Positions 37,597 to 51,576 of a stretch of 64,000 nt of DNA are shown here, piece after piece. The stretch is from Octopus vulgaris (Eukaryota): NCBI GenBank assembly GCA_951406725.2, contig OX597815.1, positions 16,616,001-16,680,000 on the forward strand. The letters run 5' to 3'. The notes under the pieces were generated by a model. It worked only from the letters and a program-made list of their open reading frames with translations. It searched no databases and was not told where the DNA came from. A program made the translations under genes and the position numbers. The number at the start of each line of letters is the position of its first letter. Position 1 is the stretch's first letter.

Positions 37597-37843
37597 TATT
37601 TCTTTACTATTTCTCTGTGTTTACCCACAAGGGGCTAAACACAGAGAGGACAAAGAAGGACAGACAAACGGATTAAGTTGATTATATCGACCCCAGTGCA
37701 TAACTAGTACTTATTTAATCGACCCCGAAAGGATGAAAGGCAAAGTCGACCTCGGCGGAATTTGAACTCAGAACGTAGCAGCATACGAAATACCATTAAG
37801 CAGTTCACCTGTCGCGCTAATGTTTCTGCCAGCTCGCTGCCTT
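37597..37843 (-). mobile_element. SINE family B
   Basis: Reverse complement of family B, flanked by an ATTTAATACC duplication. Confidence 0.82.
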
Positions 37844-38068
37844 ATTTAATACCATTACCTGATCCTCAGGTTCTTGTCTGCGGATTACTTTCTTCTTACC
37901 TCCCACCAACCTTGCTGGAGACCTCATAACTCAAGTTTTTGTGGCACATAGATTTATTTTATTCATTTCTCTATCATAACTCAATTTATTCTGGAAAAAA
38001 AAAAGGAGATATGTATGAATCTACATCAGAATACTTAACTGTACTCCTCTCAATGTTTAGTAATATTA

Positions 38069-38107
<39 letters not shown>

Positions 38108-38111
38108 GTAT

Positions 38112-38426
38112 ATGTTTACAAAGTCAGAAACCAGCACAGCTCCCATGACTTTCGGAAGTATTTTTTCACGCTAAGAGTTGCTGAAGCATGGAACAAACTG
38201 CCGGCATCAGTTGTTATTTGTCAGAGCATTGCATCCTTCAAAACTTCCATGCTTCCTGAGATTCACCAACACTACACCTGATTTTCTCCCCTCCATACAC
38301 ACGCAAGCATGTATCTGACTCATACACTGTTCACTTCTCAGACATTTGTACATTACTGCATATGCTTTATACGCACTTTTGACAAGTTGTGGTGCACCTG
38401 AGCACTGTATACAATAATTTCATTAT
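38112..38426 (+). mobile_element. CR1-clade LINE 3' end
   Basis: VRNQHSSHDFRKYFFTLRVAEAWNKLPASVV-type CR1 RT C-terminus with an ATT-rich tail. Confidence 0.8.
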
Positions 38427-39162
38427 ACATACACACACACACACACAACAGGCGTCCTCACAGTGCATGTCTGCCAAATCCAGTGACAAGACCTTGTTGG
38501 TCCAGGATTACAGTAGAAGACACTTGCCCAAGGTGCTTCACAGTGGGACTGAATCCAAAACCACACAATTACAAAATGAATTTCTTAACGACACAGCCAG
38601 GCCTGTACTTATCGACAAGTAATTGACAAGTAATCCCATACCTAATGAGATTTGAACTCAGAACAATTAAACATTTAGCTTTGTTTTCATTCATCAGCCA
38701 CCCTACACCACACTGCTATTTCTTCCTGTTTTTGTCCATATCCTTTTTGATGTGGAAAAAAATGGCAGTGGTTCATTAATTACATATTACTGCATCACAC
38801 TTTGTGAAAACAGCAAAATATTGTGGAGATGGCTGGTGTATCCCAACAAGACAAAATGCTTCATTGTTCTGAGTTCACACATTAATAACATGTGGTTAAT
38901 TGGAGCAATCCTACACTTGGCCATTGAAAGATTGACCGTGTGTCTGGAAATATGTATGTTGCTTATAATACTGTGTGAATGTGAGAATCGTCATTGTTGA
39001 CTGTGGTAGCAGATGGTCACAACACCTTTCAACCTAATACAGCTTTCATAATCTATTATGGTCCTTTTGATCGGTAATTTAGTCCTTGTCATTGACTATG
39101 GAATTTGAATTCAAAATGCAAACAGCCAGATGAGATACTGCAAATTATCTTTTCTGATATTA

Positions 39163-39505
39163 AATAATAATGATGAAATTATTGTATACAGTGCTCAGGT
39201 GCACCACAACTTGTCAAAAGTGCGTATAAAGCGTATGCAGTAATGTACAAATGTCTGGAAAGCGAACAGTGTATGAGTCAGATACACGCTTGCATGTGTA
39301 TGGAGGGGAGAAAATCAGGTGTAGTGTTGGCGAATCTGAGGAAGCATGGAAGTTTTGAAGGATGCAGTGCTCCGACAACTAACAACTGATGCTGGCAGTT
39401 TGTTCCATGCTTCAGCAACTCTTAGCGTGAAAAAATGTTTCCGAAAGTCATGGGAGCTGTGCTGTTTTCTGACTTTGTAAACATGTCCACGGGCGTTAGA
39501 CAGGT
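39163..39505 (-). mobile_element. CR1-clade LINE 3' end (inverted relative to 38112)
   Basis: NARGHVYKVRKQHSSHDFRKHFFTLRVAEAWNKLPASVV. Confidence 0.82.
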
Positions 39506-40509
39506 AATGTACTGTCCTAAACTGTAATTTATTTACTGAAATCCTGATGGGGATTAATGCCAAAGTTGAACCCACAGAGCAGAGAGCTGGAATAAGTACT
39601 GCAAGGGCATTCCATCCAGGGCACTAAAAAAATCTATTAATTCATTGCTTTCCTGTTAATTTACTACATGTGAGAAATGGATCCACACATACATTTTTCT
39701 CTTGTTTTCCATGGTTTACTGCTCTCAAATATCCGAGTATTGTGTGATACATTAAAATAAAATTTCACTGCACTTATCTGAAGTCATTATATGTGTTTAA
39801 ATTTTTCATATTGATAGTTATAGCGTTTGCTCTCATTATTTCCCTTGTCTCATAGAATTTAGCTTTCATTTTGGCCAGTTACTTCCCTTGTATTTATTCT
39901 TTCCAGTCATGAAATCACCATGCCATACTAACAATACTGATTCTAGGAATACAGGGATTAAAATTAATATATAATTTTCTTGTTACTTTTTTTCTGTTAA
40001 AATAACATAGCGCTTTTTTTTCACTAACACTGTTTTTTTTTCTCTATATTTTATACAAAATTTCTTAATACTGAATAGGTACTGATATGATTAAACTTCT
40101 GAAAATAGTTATTATGAAATACAAAGATAATTTGGAGGGAGTATTGTATTAATTTGATTTCATGTTTTTTTTGCTTATCTTTTGATTATTTTCTTTTATA
40201 CACCTGTTTATATACATTTTTCCTCTGTTGAATTTGCAACAGAAACTTTTTATTGCTCAATAATAATTCTGTAGTGCTTATAAAATTTGAAGCATCATGC
40301 TTGAAACAAAGGTTCTGACTCCCAGCTCACACAAGAAAATTGTATAGATAAGGGGTTCATTTCACACCCACATTGTACCAGAGTTGATGACATGACATTG
40401 CACAGTGGGGAAGTGTCTTCTCTCATAATCTTAGGTTGACCAAAATTTTGAGAGTGAAATCTAGTAGGTGGAAACTGTGTATACATAAATATATATATAT
40501 ATATATATA

Positions 40510-41500
40510 TAAGGCAGACTGTATGATGCATGTGTACGAACAGCCATGTCACGTGACTGCTGAGGACATGCGTAAGCTCGCAAAGAATGAAGCCAGTATG
40601 CTCCGATGGATGTGTAATGGCAGTGTGCATACTCGGCAGAGTGTAAGTACCTTGAGAGAAAAGTTGGACCTAAGAAGCATCAGATGTGGTGTGCAAGAGG
40701 GACGACTGCACTAGTATGGTCATGTGGAGAGAATGGATGAGGATAGCTGTGTGAAAAACTATCACACCCAGTTGAGGAAGACCTGGGATGAAGTGGTGAA
40801 GCACGACCTTCGAACATTAGGCCTCACCGAGGCAATGTCTAGTGACCGAGACTTTTGGAAATATGCTGTGCTTGAGGAGACCCGGCAAGCCAAGTGAGAC
40901 CATAACCTCGTGGCCCATGCCAGGGGTGTAAGCAAACCACTTATACTTACCTTTCCTTCATTGGACACTAGACTCTGATTGCGAAGACCTGTTGAGGCAA
41001 GTGAAATTGAAATTGAAATCGAAATCAAATTTGATGACTGGCATCTGTGCTAGGGAGTGCTAAGAGCACCATCCAAGTGTGATCGTTGCCAGAGCAGCTA
41101 ACTGGCTTCCATGCTGGTGGTATGTAAAAAGCACCATTCGAGTGTGGATCGTTATTAGCGTTACCTTACTGGTACTTGTGCTGGTGGTATGTGAAAAAAC
41201 ATTCGAACGAGGTCGTTGCCAGTGCCGCTGGACTGGCTCCTGTGCAGGTGGCACATAAAAAACACCATTTGAGCATGGCCATTGCCAGTACCGCCTGACT
41301 GGCCCTCGTGCAGGTGGCATGTAAAAGCATCCACTACACTCTCAGAGTGGTTGGCATTAGGAAGGGCATCCAGCTGTAGAAACTCTGCCAGATCAAGATT
41401 GGAGCATGGGGCAGCCATCTGGTTCACCAGTCCTCAGTCAAATCGTCCAACCCATGCTAGCATGGAAAGCAGACATTAAACGTCGATGATGATGATGATG
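40510..41500 (+). mobile_element. RTE LINE 3' end with repeat-bearing 3' UTR and (GAT)n tail
   Basis: VTAEDMRKLAKNEASMLRWMC...LREKLD followed by the shared tail. Confidence 0.85.
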
Positions 41501-41617
41501 ATATATAAGTAAATTGCTCTCTGTTGGTTTTGACACTAAGTATTTAATTGTTGGATCAACTGAATCACCTGTTTGCTGAATTAGTATGTAAGGACTAAAC
41601 CTTTCACAGATGACATC

Positions 41618-42398
41618 AATCATCATCATCATCATCTCGTCATCATCCTCGTCATCATCATCGTCATCATCATTGTCATCATCATCATCATCATCGTCGT
41701 CATCATCATCATCATCATCATCATCGTCATCATCATCATCCTCGTCATCATCATCGTCATCATCATCATCGTCATCATCATCGTCATCATCATCATCATC
41801 ATCATCATCGTCATCGTCGTCATCATCATCATCATCGTCGTCGTCATCATCATCATCATCATCATCATCGTCGTCATCATCATCATCGTCATGATCATCA
41901 TCATCGTCATCATCGTCGTCATCATCATCATCATCATCATCGTCGTCATCATCATCATCATCATCATCGTCGTCATCATCATCATCGTCATGATCATCAT
42001 CATCGTCATCATCGTCATGATCATCATCATCATCATCATCGTCATCATCATCATCGTCATCATCATCATCATCATCATCGTCGTCATCATCATCATCATC
42101 ATCATCGTCGTCATCATCATCGTCATCGTCGTCAGCATCGTCATCGTCATCATCATCGTCATCATCGTCATCATCATCGTCGTCATCATCGTCATCATCA
42201 TCATCATCATCATCATCATCGTCATCATCATCGTCGTCGTCGTCATCATCATCGTCATCGTCGTCAGCATCGTCATCGTCATCATCATCGTCATCATCGT
42301 CATCATCATCGTCATCATCATCATCAACATCATCATCGTCATCATCATCGTCATCATCATCATTATCATCCTCGTCATCATCATCGTCATCATCCTCG

Positions 42399-42430
<32 letters not shown>

Positions 42431-42431
42431 G

Positions 42432-42470
<39 letters not shown>
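41618..42470. repeat. expanded (CAT/CGT)n trinucleotide tract, the tail of an adjacent RTE fragment
   Basis: About 850 bp abutting TTTAAC...CATGCTGGCATGGGTTGGAC at 42471; source of the poly-D/M/S/I ORFs. Confidence 0.95.
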
Positions 42471-42471
<1 letters not shown>

Positions 42472-43439
42472 TTAACTTTTGTTCTTCATGCTGGCATGGG
42501 TTGGACAGTTTCACAGGAGTTGGCCTGCTTAAGAGCTGCCCAGGCTCCATGTCTGTTTTGGCATGGTTTCTACAGCTGGGTGACCTTTTACACAGGTACT
42601 GGCTACTCTTACACAGTACTTGCATGTGTGCATTCATGTGGCATGGCACTGGCATGGATGCTTTTTATGTGGCACCAGCAACCACAACCCCACAAGGTTA
42701 GGATCGCTCAGCTGAAGACGGATGCAGGGGACATGCCTGTATGCAAAGGCAATTACAAGTCCGCTTAGCTTGGCATGTTTTCTCATATTCATAAATTCTT
42801 TATGCATGAAGGGGGAGGTGCTAAGTTCTGAGTTTACTCAGTCTTTGATCAAAGTTTGACTTTAAATAGAACTATTTCACTAATTCTAACAACTATGGGC
42901 AACACATGAATATCGCAACAAAATCTTTTCCTTGACTGATCGTATTTGAACTGATATTCATTTAGAGGTACCTTTCAAACATGTACCTTTATTTGTTGGA
43001 GTACCATGTGGCGAATTATACATCATTTCTCCTCTCTACATATCTATAGACTTACATGCATATATGTATACATACATTCACAAATACATGGGTTTACAAT
43101 TATCTTCGTATTCATGAAAATATATAAAATTATTCTGAAGAAAGACAGAGCGACTAAACTGTATTAAGCAGGCTCCAAAATAAAAAAATAAGTACTTGAA
43201 GGATTCCACTTGGAATAAGACAATATTCCAAAGTATATTTGCAGTGCTAGTGTAGCAATATACATATATTGTGAATCTTTGAGTGATTTGACTGAATCAA
43301 CGAAGAAATTATTTTTGTTGTAACCTTCAAATTGCACTCTGGTCTTCACAGATAAGGGCACTATAGTCTTTGATATACAAAAAGATTTCATGATCATGAT
43401 GGGGAGTGTCTTCAATCATACATCCACTTAGTCACGGTT

Positions 43440-43855
43440 GTCACGGGGTTTCGAGCCCTGTGATAGTAGGGTATTAAGAGCACCATCCAAGCGTGATTGT
43501 TGCCAGAGCGGCTATCTGGCCTCCATGCCAGTGGCACGTAAAAGACACCATTCGAGCGTGATCGTTGCCAGCATCGCCTTACTGGCACCTGTGCCAGTGG
43601 CATATATAAAAGGTTCGAGCGAGGTCGTTGCCAGTACCGCCTTACTGGCCCTCGTGCTGGTGGCACATAAAAGCACCCACTACACTCTCGGAGTGGTTGG
43701 CGCTGGGGGTGGGCGGGGGGGGCATCCAGCTGCAGAAACTCTGCTGGATCAAGACTGAAGCCTAGTGAAACCATCTGGTTCGCCATCCCTCAGTCAAATC
43801 GTCCAACTCATGCTAGCATGGAAAGTGGACGTTAAACGATGGTGATGATGATGAA
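43440..43855 (+). mobile_element. RTE 3'-tail fragment
   Basis: Shared tail with ~62-bp units and (GAT)n. Confidence 0.8.
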
Positions 43856-44845
43856 GAATGACAAAGACACTACCAGCAGCAATGACAAAAGTGACAACAA
43901 CAACAACAACAATCTTGAGTGTTAGACTTAACCTTGAGTGGTAGACTTAATCAATTGTCCAGATTAATACTACCACCTTGCACCTTGGGTGTCTGTTTAT
44001 GGAGTTCCCTCTGTTGCTAGCATTCAGATTAGGTCCCCAGTTTGAAGACAATTTCCTCCTCATTTCTTACCACTCTCAGAGGCCCTGTAAAGGATCATAG
44101 GTATTTCTCTTCAGAGTAAAAGGTAAAAGCACTAAACTAAAAAGGAACAGTCACAACATGTGTTCTCTTGCTGATGTGGAACCAGAACTTCTTTAATGTG
44201 CCAGAAATAGTTTCATAACAGATTCTGTAATGTTTATTAATTGAAATCTACAGGATGTGATATCTGTTTGTCTCAAAATGGATGAAGCAGTAGTAATAGT
44301 AGCAGCAGTAGTAGTAGCAGCAGCAGCAACATTGTCAGTAGCTATAAGAGCAGAGGCATTAAAAGATAAATTAATAAATAAACAGAGATGTACTTGCATA
44401 GCAAGTGATTTGATCTGAGATCGTGTGCTGGAACGAAATCAATTGCAACGTGGAAGGTGTTTATAAGCCATAAATAAACAACAATAAATAAACAACAAAT
44501 GAAAATAAAAGAACAAAACAACATACAGAAATCCAAATACACGCCGTCTGCAACAAATTCAACGAAAGTCCACAAAACAATAACCAATGGAAAGACCAGA
44601 AAAGATAATCAACGGATGCCCAAAAAAAAAAAAAAAGCTATGGCAAAATAAACCAATGGGCAGACACGAACAGAGGAAAACCACTCTCACTTAACCTACT
44701 TGTAACAGTTCTCACCTGAAGATCGTTGTGACATGAAACACGAACCACGAAATAATCATTGTTTAAATTAACCATATATTGTAATATATATTTAAGTACT
44801 CTTCCCTAATTAAGTCGATAATTCAATGTGTGTGTGTGTGTGTGT

Positions 44846-44882
<37 letters not shown>

Positions 44883-45365
44883 CGTGCGTGTACGTGCGTG
44901 TGCGTGCGTGCGAGCGCGGCTACTCACTGTGTCATTTCCCCTAGAAATAGAGAAGAGTTGGGCGAGGAGTGAGTAACCGTTTTTCAAGAAAACTGATATA
45001 CTTACGTATGAATCTAAGGACGGACCATGGGATGGAAGTAAATAAGAAAATAATAAGGCAAAGAGATGGATTTTTAGCAGACAACTATAGGCGCAAGTTT
45101 AATAGTCTGGGTAGAAACGTAAATTTCAAAACGGTTGTCCGTCCATACATATTCTCTTATCAACTGATCTTGACAGAAATAGCTAAATATGTTCGGCAGC
45201 TGACTTCTACGTATATGTCAACACTATTGGTCTTGTTGTGTCGTTTCCGAATTTGGCATAGAATCTTAATTAGTTATGTGCAGAATGTATAGATGAGTTG
45301 ACAAGGATTGATACAGGTTAATTATAGAATTCACATTACATAATACGTAGAATCTTTTATATTAC

Positions 45366-45544
45366 TGTTTTACTCTTTTACTTGTTTCGGTCATTTGACT
45401 GCAGCCATGCTGCAGCACCGCCTTTAGTCGAGCAAATCGACCCCATGACTTATTCTTCGCCGAACTGCTAAGTTACTGGGACGTAAACACATCAGCATCG
45501 GTTGTCAAGCGAAGTTGAGGGGACAAACACAGACACGTAAACAC

Positions 45545-45591
<47 letters not shown>

Positions 45592-45765
45592 TACATATAT
45601 TCGACGGGATTCTTTCAGCTTCCGCCTACCAAATCCACTCATAAGGCTTTGGTCGGCCCGAGGCTATAGTAGAAGACACTTGCCCAAGGTTCCACGGAGT
45701 GGGACTGAACCCGGAACCATGTGGTTGGTAAGCAAGCTACTTACCACACAGCCACTCCTACGTCT
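45366..45765 (-). mobile_element. SINE family A
   Basis: Reverse complement of family A with internal (CA)n. Confidence 0.82.
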
Positions 45766-47128
45766 TTACAAAAATAATATTTTGTGTTGCTGTGGCGATT
45801 GTTTAGAATTAAAACCATTATCTGGAAGAAGACACGTGTTTTTAGGTTTCCATAGATTTTCCCCAAGCCTGTTTTGTCTACCGTAGGTTTTTCTGAATTA
45901 GACGTATCACCTTATTAGCATTTTGTCTAGTTATAAAAACAGTTGTGCTCCTTTTTACATGCTCGCATTAACATAGGTTTTAACACGAGGCATTCTTCAT
46001 AACAAGACACGATATGTTTATATACACTTAATAGATTACATCATATGTTTATACACACATAACAGATTACATCAAACGCTGAGTGAGGAAAAGTATAATT
46101 AATTTGTATTTAGAGAGAAAGCGTGTTAGTTCCAAGTTTAAATTAAACAGATGAAATTCTGTTTATGTTGAAATATATGACGTTTATATAAAAATATATA
46201 TTGTAAGAGTTTCGTAGCAGTTAGAAGCTGAAAACTGATTACAGAATATACTCATCTGGTAGATGAGAAAATCTCAATGTTATCTGGGAAGGGAGAAGCA
46301 GTGCATAGTATCTCCTTAGTTCTTTAGGCTGTTTTATTTACGCCGGAATACCATTTTCATATATGTAGGAAGCGTAGTCAGGGAAATTGATATTGTGTAC
46401 TCCGTTCGAGCAATGGGTACACAAAAAGTGCAGTGAGATCTGTAGCAGATTGATCAAGGAGCCAGGAGCTAGAACTTCAGTTGTGCCACATGCACGGAGC
46501 AGTTGGTAGTAGAATCCCATATGAAATTAAGTTGTGTAACTTATTTCTTTATTACCCACAAGGGGCTAAACACAGAGGGGACAAACAAGGACAGACATAG
46601 GTATTAAGTCGAATACCGCTAAAGATTCTGCCAGCTCGCCGCCTTAAGTTGTGTAACCTAATTGACATAACCTGTGCGTAGGATGGCTGTAGTGAAAGTG
46701 TATTAGGTTGAACAGAAAAGTGTAGAAGTTCAGGGCTGTTAAAGGAAGGATTAAAAGTTCAGAGAGCTGTTATATTCGTTGAAAACAACACGTTTCTCAC
46801 CTAGAAGGGCCAAGTAGATAGCACCCACTCAGTAACTTGACCTACTGAAAACAGTAATCAAAACTTTCTCAAATCAGACTCTAACATCTTAAAAAAACAA
46901 TGGGACATAGACTACGTAGTCATAGAGAGAAAAAGACAGATGGATCACAAGACTGCTTGAGCAGCTGCAGCAGCAAAGAGTTTCTCTTGTCATACAGATT
47001 GCCAGGAAGACTGCACGAAGCTTGTTGAAGAAGTGTGATGCTGCGTAATAATGAGACATGAACATTGTATATGGAATATTTGCTGAAAAAAAAATGAGGC
47101 GCAGTTTAGCTATTGGATGTCTGTTCGC

Positions 47129-47185
<57 letters not shown>

Positions 47186-47273
47186 AGAGTTTACGAAAAA
47201 AAAAAAAAAACGAAGATAGGTGGTGTACAAAACAAACAGATGTATTAGAATAACGCTCAGAATAGAAAAAAAT

Positions 47274-47309
47274 CTTTTACGTTTCGAGCCTACCCTCTTC
47301 TACAGAAAG
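47274..47309 (-). ncRNA. minimal hammerhead-like motif (A6 to U variant)
   Basis: Minus strand reads CTTT-CTGTAGA-A-GAG ggtagg CTC-GAAAC GTA-AAAG. 4-bp stem I and loopless palindromic stem III (ACGT). Lies in a ~200 bp insert flanked by (TA)n. Confidence 0.5.
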
Positions 47310-47378
47310 GGACACAGAAAAAACAAGGAGAGAAAAAAATGTGTGTAGTGGCTAACGATCTATCATAATGATCTATCA

Positions 47379-47437
<59 letters not shown>

Positions 47438-47580
47438 AGCAAATAAGAAAAAGGAGGAGAATAATAGGTGGTTCATCAACTTTTAGACATTAAATTATGT
47501 TAACTTATTTATTTATTCACTGAACTGATAATTACAATAACAAACATATAACATATTATTCTTTACATATAAAATATAAC

Positions 47581-47644
<64 letters not shown>

Positions 47645-47960
47645 GCAGGTAAATTAAGAATAGCTGGTCAGGTTAGGTATGGGCGCATGTGGCGTTGCAG
47701 TGAGTCGCTGCATTCATCATTTTCGGTATTTGCTCGGATCGTCTTGAGCATCCCTCCAAGCACTGTCCCAGTCAGTCACCATCTCTGCGAGATCTTCCTC
47801 ATCCGCCTTGACCATGTAGTCGACCAATAATACGAGTTGTCAATCCAGCCGGATTTTCAGAGAAGAGAACACGATACGCGGGAACCAACTCGAGAAATCG
47901 CGTAACATGACCAGACAGTCTGGGGTGACGCGCATCCCGGTTTCTGAACGTTAAATAATT

Positions 47961-48191
47961 GTTTCTTTATTGCCTACAAGGGGCTAAACATAGAGGGGAC
48001 AAACAAAGGACAGACAAACGAATTAAATCGATTACATCGAATCCAGTGCGTAACTGGTACTTAATTTATCGACCCCGAAAGGATGAAAGGCAAAGTCGAC
48101 CTCGGCGGAGTTTGAACTCAGAACGTAAAGGCAGACGAAATACAGCTACGCATTTCGCCCGGCGTGCTAACGATTCTGCCAGTTCGCCGCC
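47961..48191 (-). mobile_element. SINE family B with long TSD
   Basis: TTCTGAACGTTAAATAATT at 47942-47960 and again at 48192-48210. Confidence 0.88.
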
Positions 48192-49905
48192 TTCTGAACG
48201 TTAAATAATTATGGAGTGACGACGGCAATGGTATAAGCATATGATATGGACGGGGTTGATGAGTGCTAGTTGGAAATTGTTATATACTGTTATGGATGAG
48301 AAAATTGTTCTGAGGTCATATCTCAGGAAGATGGGTTTCTCAAATGGGCTGATGAATGATTGGGGTGAGTGTTGCTGTGGTTTATGGCAAACCACTTCAT
48401 CTAATTTCAGTATAGAAAACAAAACAAATATTAAAACGTCGACGACGACGACGATGATAATGAATTCGAATAAATATTCAACAAGGCATCGGATAAAATG
48501 ATTATTTGTATAGCTGAGTAAGCGTGTAATCAAAATTTCAGGGTTGTCTCCCATGCTCTTTTCACCACAATTAGTAATTCAGATAATGATTGTTTCCACC
48601 ACTTGATGAAGTAAACAAGTATTAATTTTTTATAATTAATTAAAATTAACTAACTTCATTAAGTCCCAACCTCCACTTTATTCTACCTTTTTTTAATAGT
48701 TGAGTCAACGTTAACCTATTTAAGGACTAGATTCCGCAGTCTCAGAAAAAGGGTTCTACAATAATAAGTCGTTATTTCACTTTGATGCTCTAGTGTCTTT
48801 GGTGGCTGATAAAGTCACCGATTACCTGTATGGTAAAATTCTTCAGATTGAAATGCAATAGATCGATACTAGGGTCATAATTATGGGTGACAATTTCATA
48901 TGACTCTGCTAGAAAAAACTGCCGTTCAAACCGAAAAGATCCTTAATTTTTTATAATTAATTAAAATTAACTAACTTCATTAAGTCCCAACCTCCACTTT
49001 ATTCTACTTTTTTTTTAATTGTTGAGTCAACGTTGACCTATTTAATGACTTAGTTCCGCAGTCTCAGAAAAAGGGTTCTACAATAATAAGTCGTTATTTC
49101 ACTTTGATGCTCTAGTGTTTTTGGTGGCTGATAAAGTCACCGACTACCTGTATGGTAAAATTCTTCAGGTCAAGGTGCATGGCCTGGTGTTTAGGGTGTT
49201 GCACCCACGATCACTAGATTGTAAGTTCGATTCTCCAACCGGGCGGCGCGTTGTGCGTTGTGTTCTTGAACAAAACACTTCATTTTTACGTACCTTTGCG
49301 GGTGGGAAACTGGCAGAATTGTTGGCGCATCGGCAGAAAGGTTTTACGGTATATCTTCCGACTCTTAACATTCTGAGTTCAAATCTTACCTACTTGGAGA
49401 AGGCAACGTGAAACTTCTTCATTATTCATCTCGGGTCTAATCATAGTAACCGAAGTTCCAATAATCTATTTAACGGCCATAGAGGAGGGTACTGACCAGA
49501 AATAAATGCCACTAAGCATTTTTCCCAGCATGCTAACGATTCTGCTAGCTCGCCACTTTCATTCTATCATAATTATTGATTTCAAATTTTGGTACAAGGC
49601 CAGAAATTTCGGGGGAGGAGTATAAATCGATTACATCGATCCGGGAGTTCAAACAGCGGTAATTTTATCGACCTCCGAAAGGGTGAAGGGCAAAGTCGAC
49701 CTCAGCGGAATTTGAATTCAGACCGTAAAGACGGACGAAATTCCGTTAAGCACTTTGCATAACATGGTAACGGTTCAACCACCTTGTTGCTTTCATTCTA
49801 TCATAATTATTGATACAAATAATATCTGGAAGTTCTTACAGAAATAATTCGTCTTTACAAAATTATGGCCTTCACCCAATGTTAGAAATTATTTATTATA
49901 CTATA

Positions 49906-50333
49906 GGATCTTTTCGGTTTGACCGGCAGTTTTTAAAAATAATCTCCACGTAACTAAACACATTTAAACTTCGTATACTGGTAGAATGTGTTTATAAAAC
50001 ATCTTTTTCTTTTGGCTTTATTGAGAAAATTCTATTGTTTGTAAGATATTTGTTGTTGTTTTCTTCTTCAATTTCTGCTGCAATTTCAACTAATCAATGA
50101 CGTCTATTGAAGTGAAAACATTCTGTGCCGCATGAATATGTCCCTCTTTTAAGAAACAGATTGGGTTTATTTACATTTCTGAAGAAAAGCAAATACCCTT
50201 CCCCCCACCCCTAGCCCTAACCCTAACCCTAAAACAGATTGAAATGCAATAGATCGATACTAGGGTCATAATTATGGGTGACAATTTCATATGACACCGC
50301 TAGAAAAAACTACCAGTCAAACCGAAAAGATCC
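49906..50333. mobile_element. MITE, second copy of the 33087 family
   Basis: Same TIRs; near-TSD ATACTATA/ATATTATA. Confidence 0.88.
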
Positions 50334-50694
50334 ATATTATATACAATACACTCAGTATAACTTGTCAATATGTAAGCTGCAATGAACCACATAGGGACCT
50401 TGTAATGGCTCAATCTCCTAGAAGTGGCTGCTAAATCTCCCATAAATCACAACTTACTGCTTCAAATAAGAAAGGACACGCTGTCTTAGAGATCATTAAA
50501 AAGACGAGATTATCACCTCAGTGTCATAAGGAGTGTTTGTGGTGTTCAGAGCGGCCCTTGTATTTGTCATTTTACAAACACGATATACATAAAAAAGTGA
50601 GGCACAAAAAAAAAAAAAAAAAGGATGGGCTTCAGGGTTGGACCATTCCTTGCACCCATTTAGCTAAATTAGTGAGTCATGACTAATGTTGTGG

Positions 50695-51170
50695 GTCACG
50701 AACTGGCAGAATCGTTACAGTGTCGGACAAAATGCTTAGCGGTATTTCTTCTGCCGTTACGTTCTGAGTTCAAATTCCACCGAGGTCGACTTAGCCTTTT
50801 ATCCTTTCGGGGTCGATAAATTAAGTACCAGTTACGCACTGGGGTCGATGTAATCGACTTAATCCGTTTATCTTTCCTTCTTTGTCCTCTCTGTGTTTAG
50901 CCCCTTGTGGGTAGTAAAGAAATAGGTATTTCGTCTACAGCTACGTTCTGAGTTCAAATTCCGCCGAGGTGGACTTTGCCTTTCATCCTTTCGGGGTCGA
51001 TTAAATAAGTACCAGTTACGCACTGGGGTCGATGTAATCGACTTAATCCCTTTGTCTGTCCTTGTTTGTCCCCTCTGTGTTTAGCCCCTTGTAGGTAGTA
51101 AAGAAATAGGTATTTCTTCTGTCTGTACGTTCCGGGTTCAACTTCCACCGAGGTCGGCTTTGCTTTTATA
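50695..51170 (+). mobile_element. SINE family B concatemer
   Basis: GAAATAGGTATTTC junctions at 50919 and 51103. Confidence 0.82.
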
Positions 51171-51576
51171 CTTTTAGGCGTTGTGCCTACAAGTAAAGGT
51201 GAGGATGAATGAAAAATAAGGAAAAACTCTGCTCCTGCCCCAAACAAAACAAATTGAACCAAGCTAGAAATAGCAGCCCAGTCAAGCACTGGGGTCGATG
51301 TAATCGATTAGCCCCTCCCCATGAGCTTCTGACCTTGCGCTTATACTATAAAGGAGATTAGACAATGTGGCCTGCATGCTGTATCCCTGAATCTCTGAAA
51401 AGGAAAGACTGAATGGTAGTGGCTGACACACTTTTGATGGAAAAGTGGATGTTAAAATGATGAGGATGGTGAAAAGTGATGAGGATAAAGAGGTTCTTTA
51501 ATATTCAGGTCCGGCAAAATGAACCAATAGAATAAGTACTGAGTTAAAAAAAGTATTGGGGCCAATTCGTTCGATT

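Noticed and set aside
41438-42655. 405-aa poly-Asp ORF and overlapping poly-M/S/I ORFs
   Set aside because: Translation of a (GAT)n expansion of an RTE tail; no coding signal.
50205-50232. Telomere-like CCCTAA repeats (also near 4340, 28450 and 33378)
   Set aside because: Short internal motifs of MITE-like elements, not telomeric arrays.
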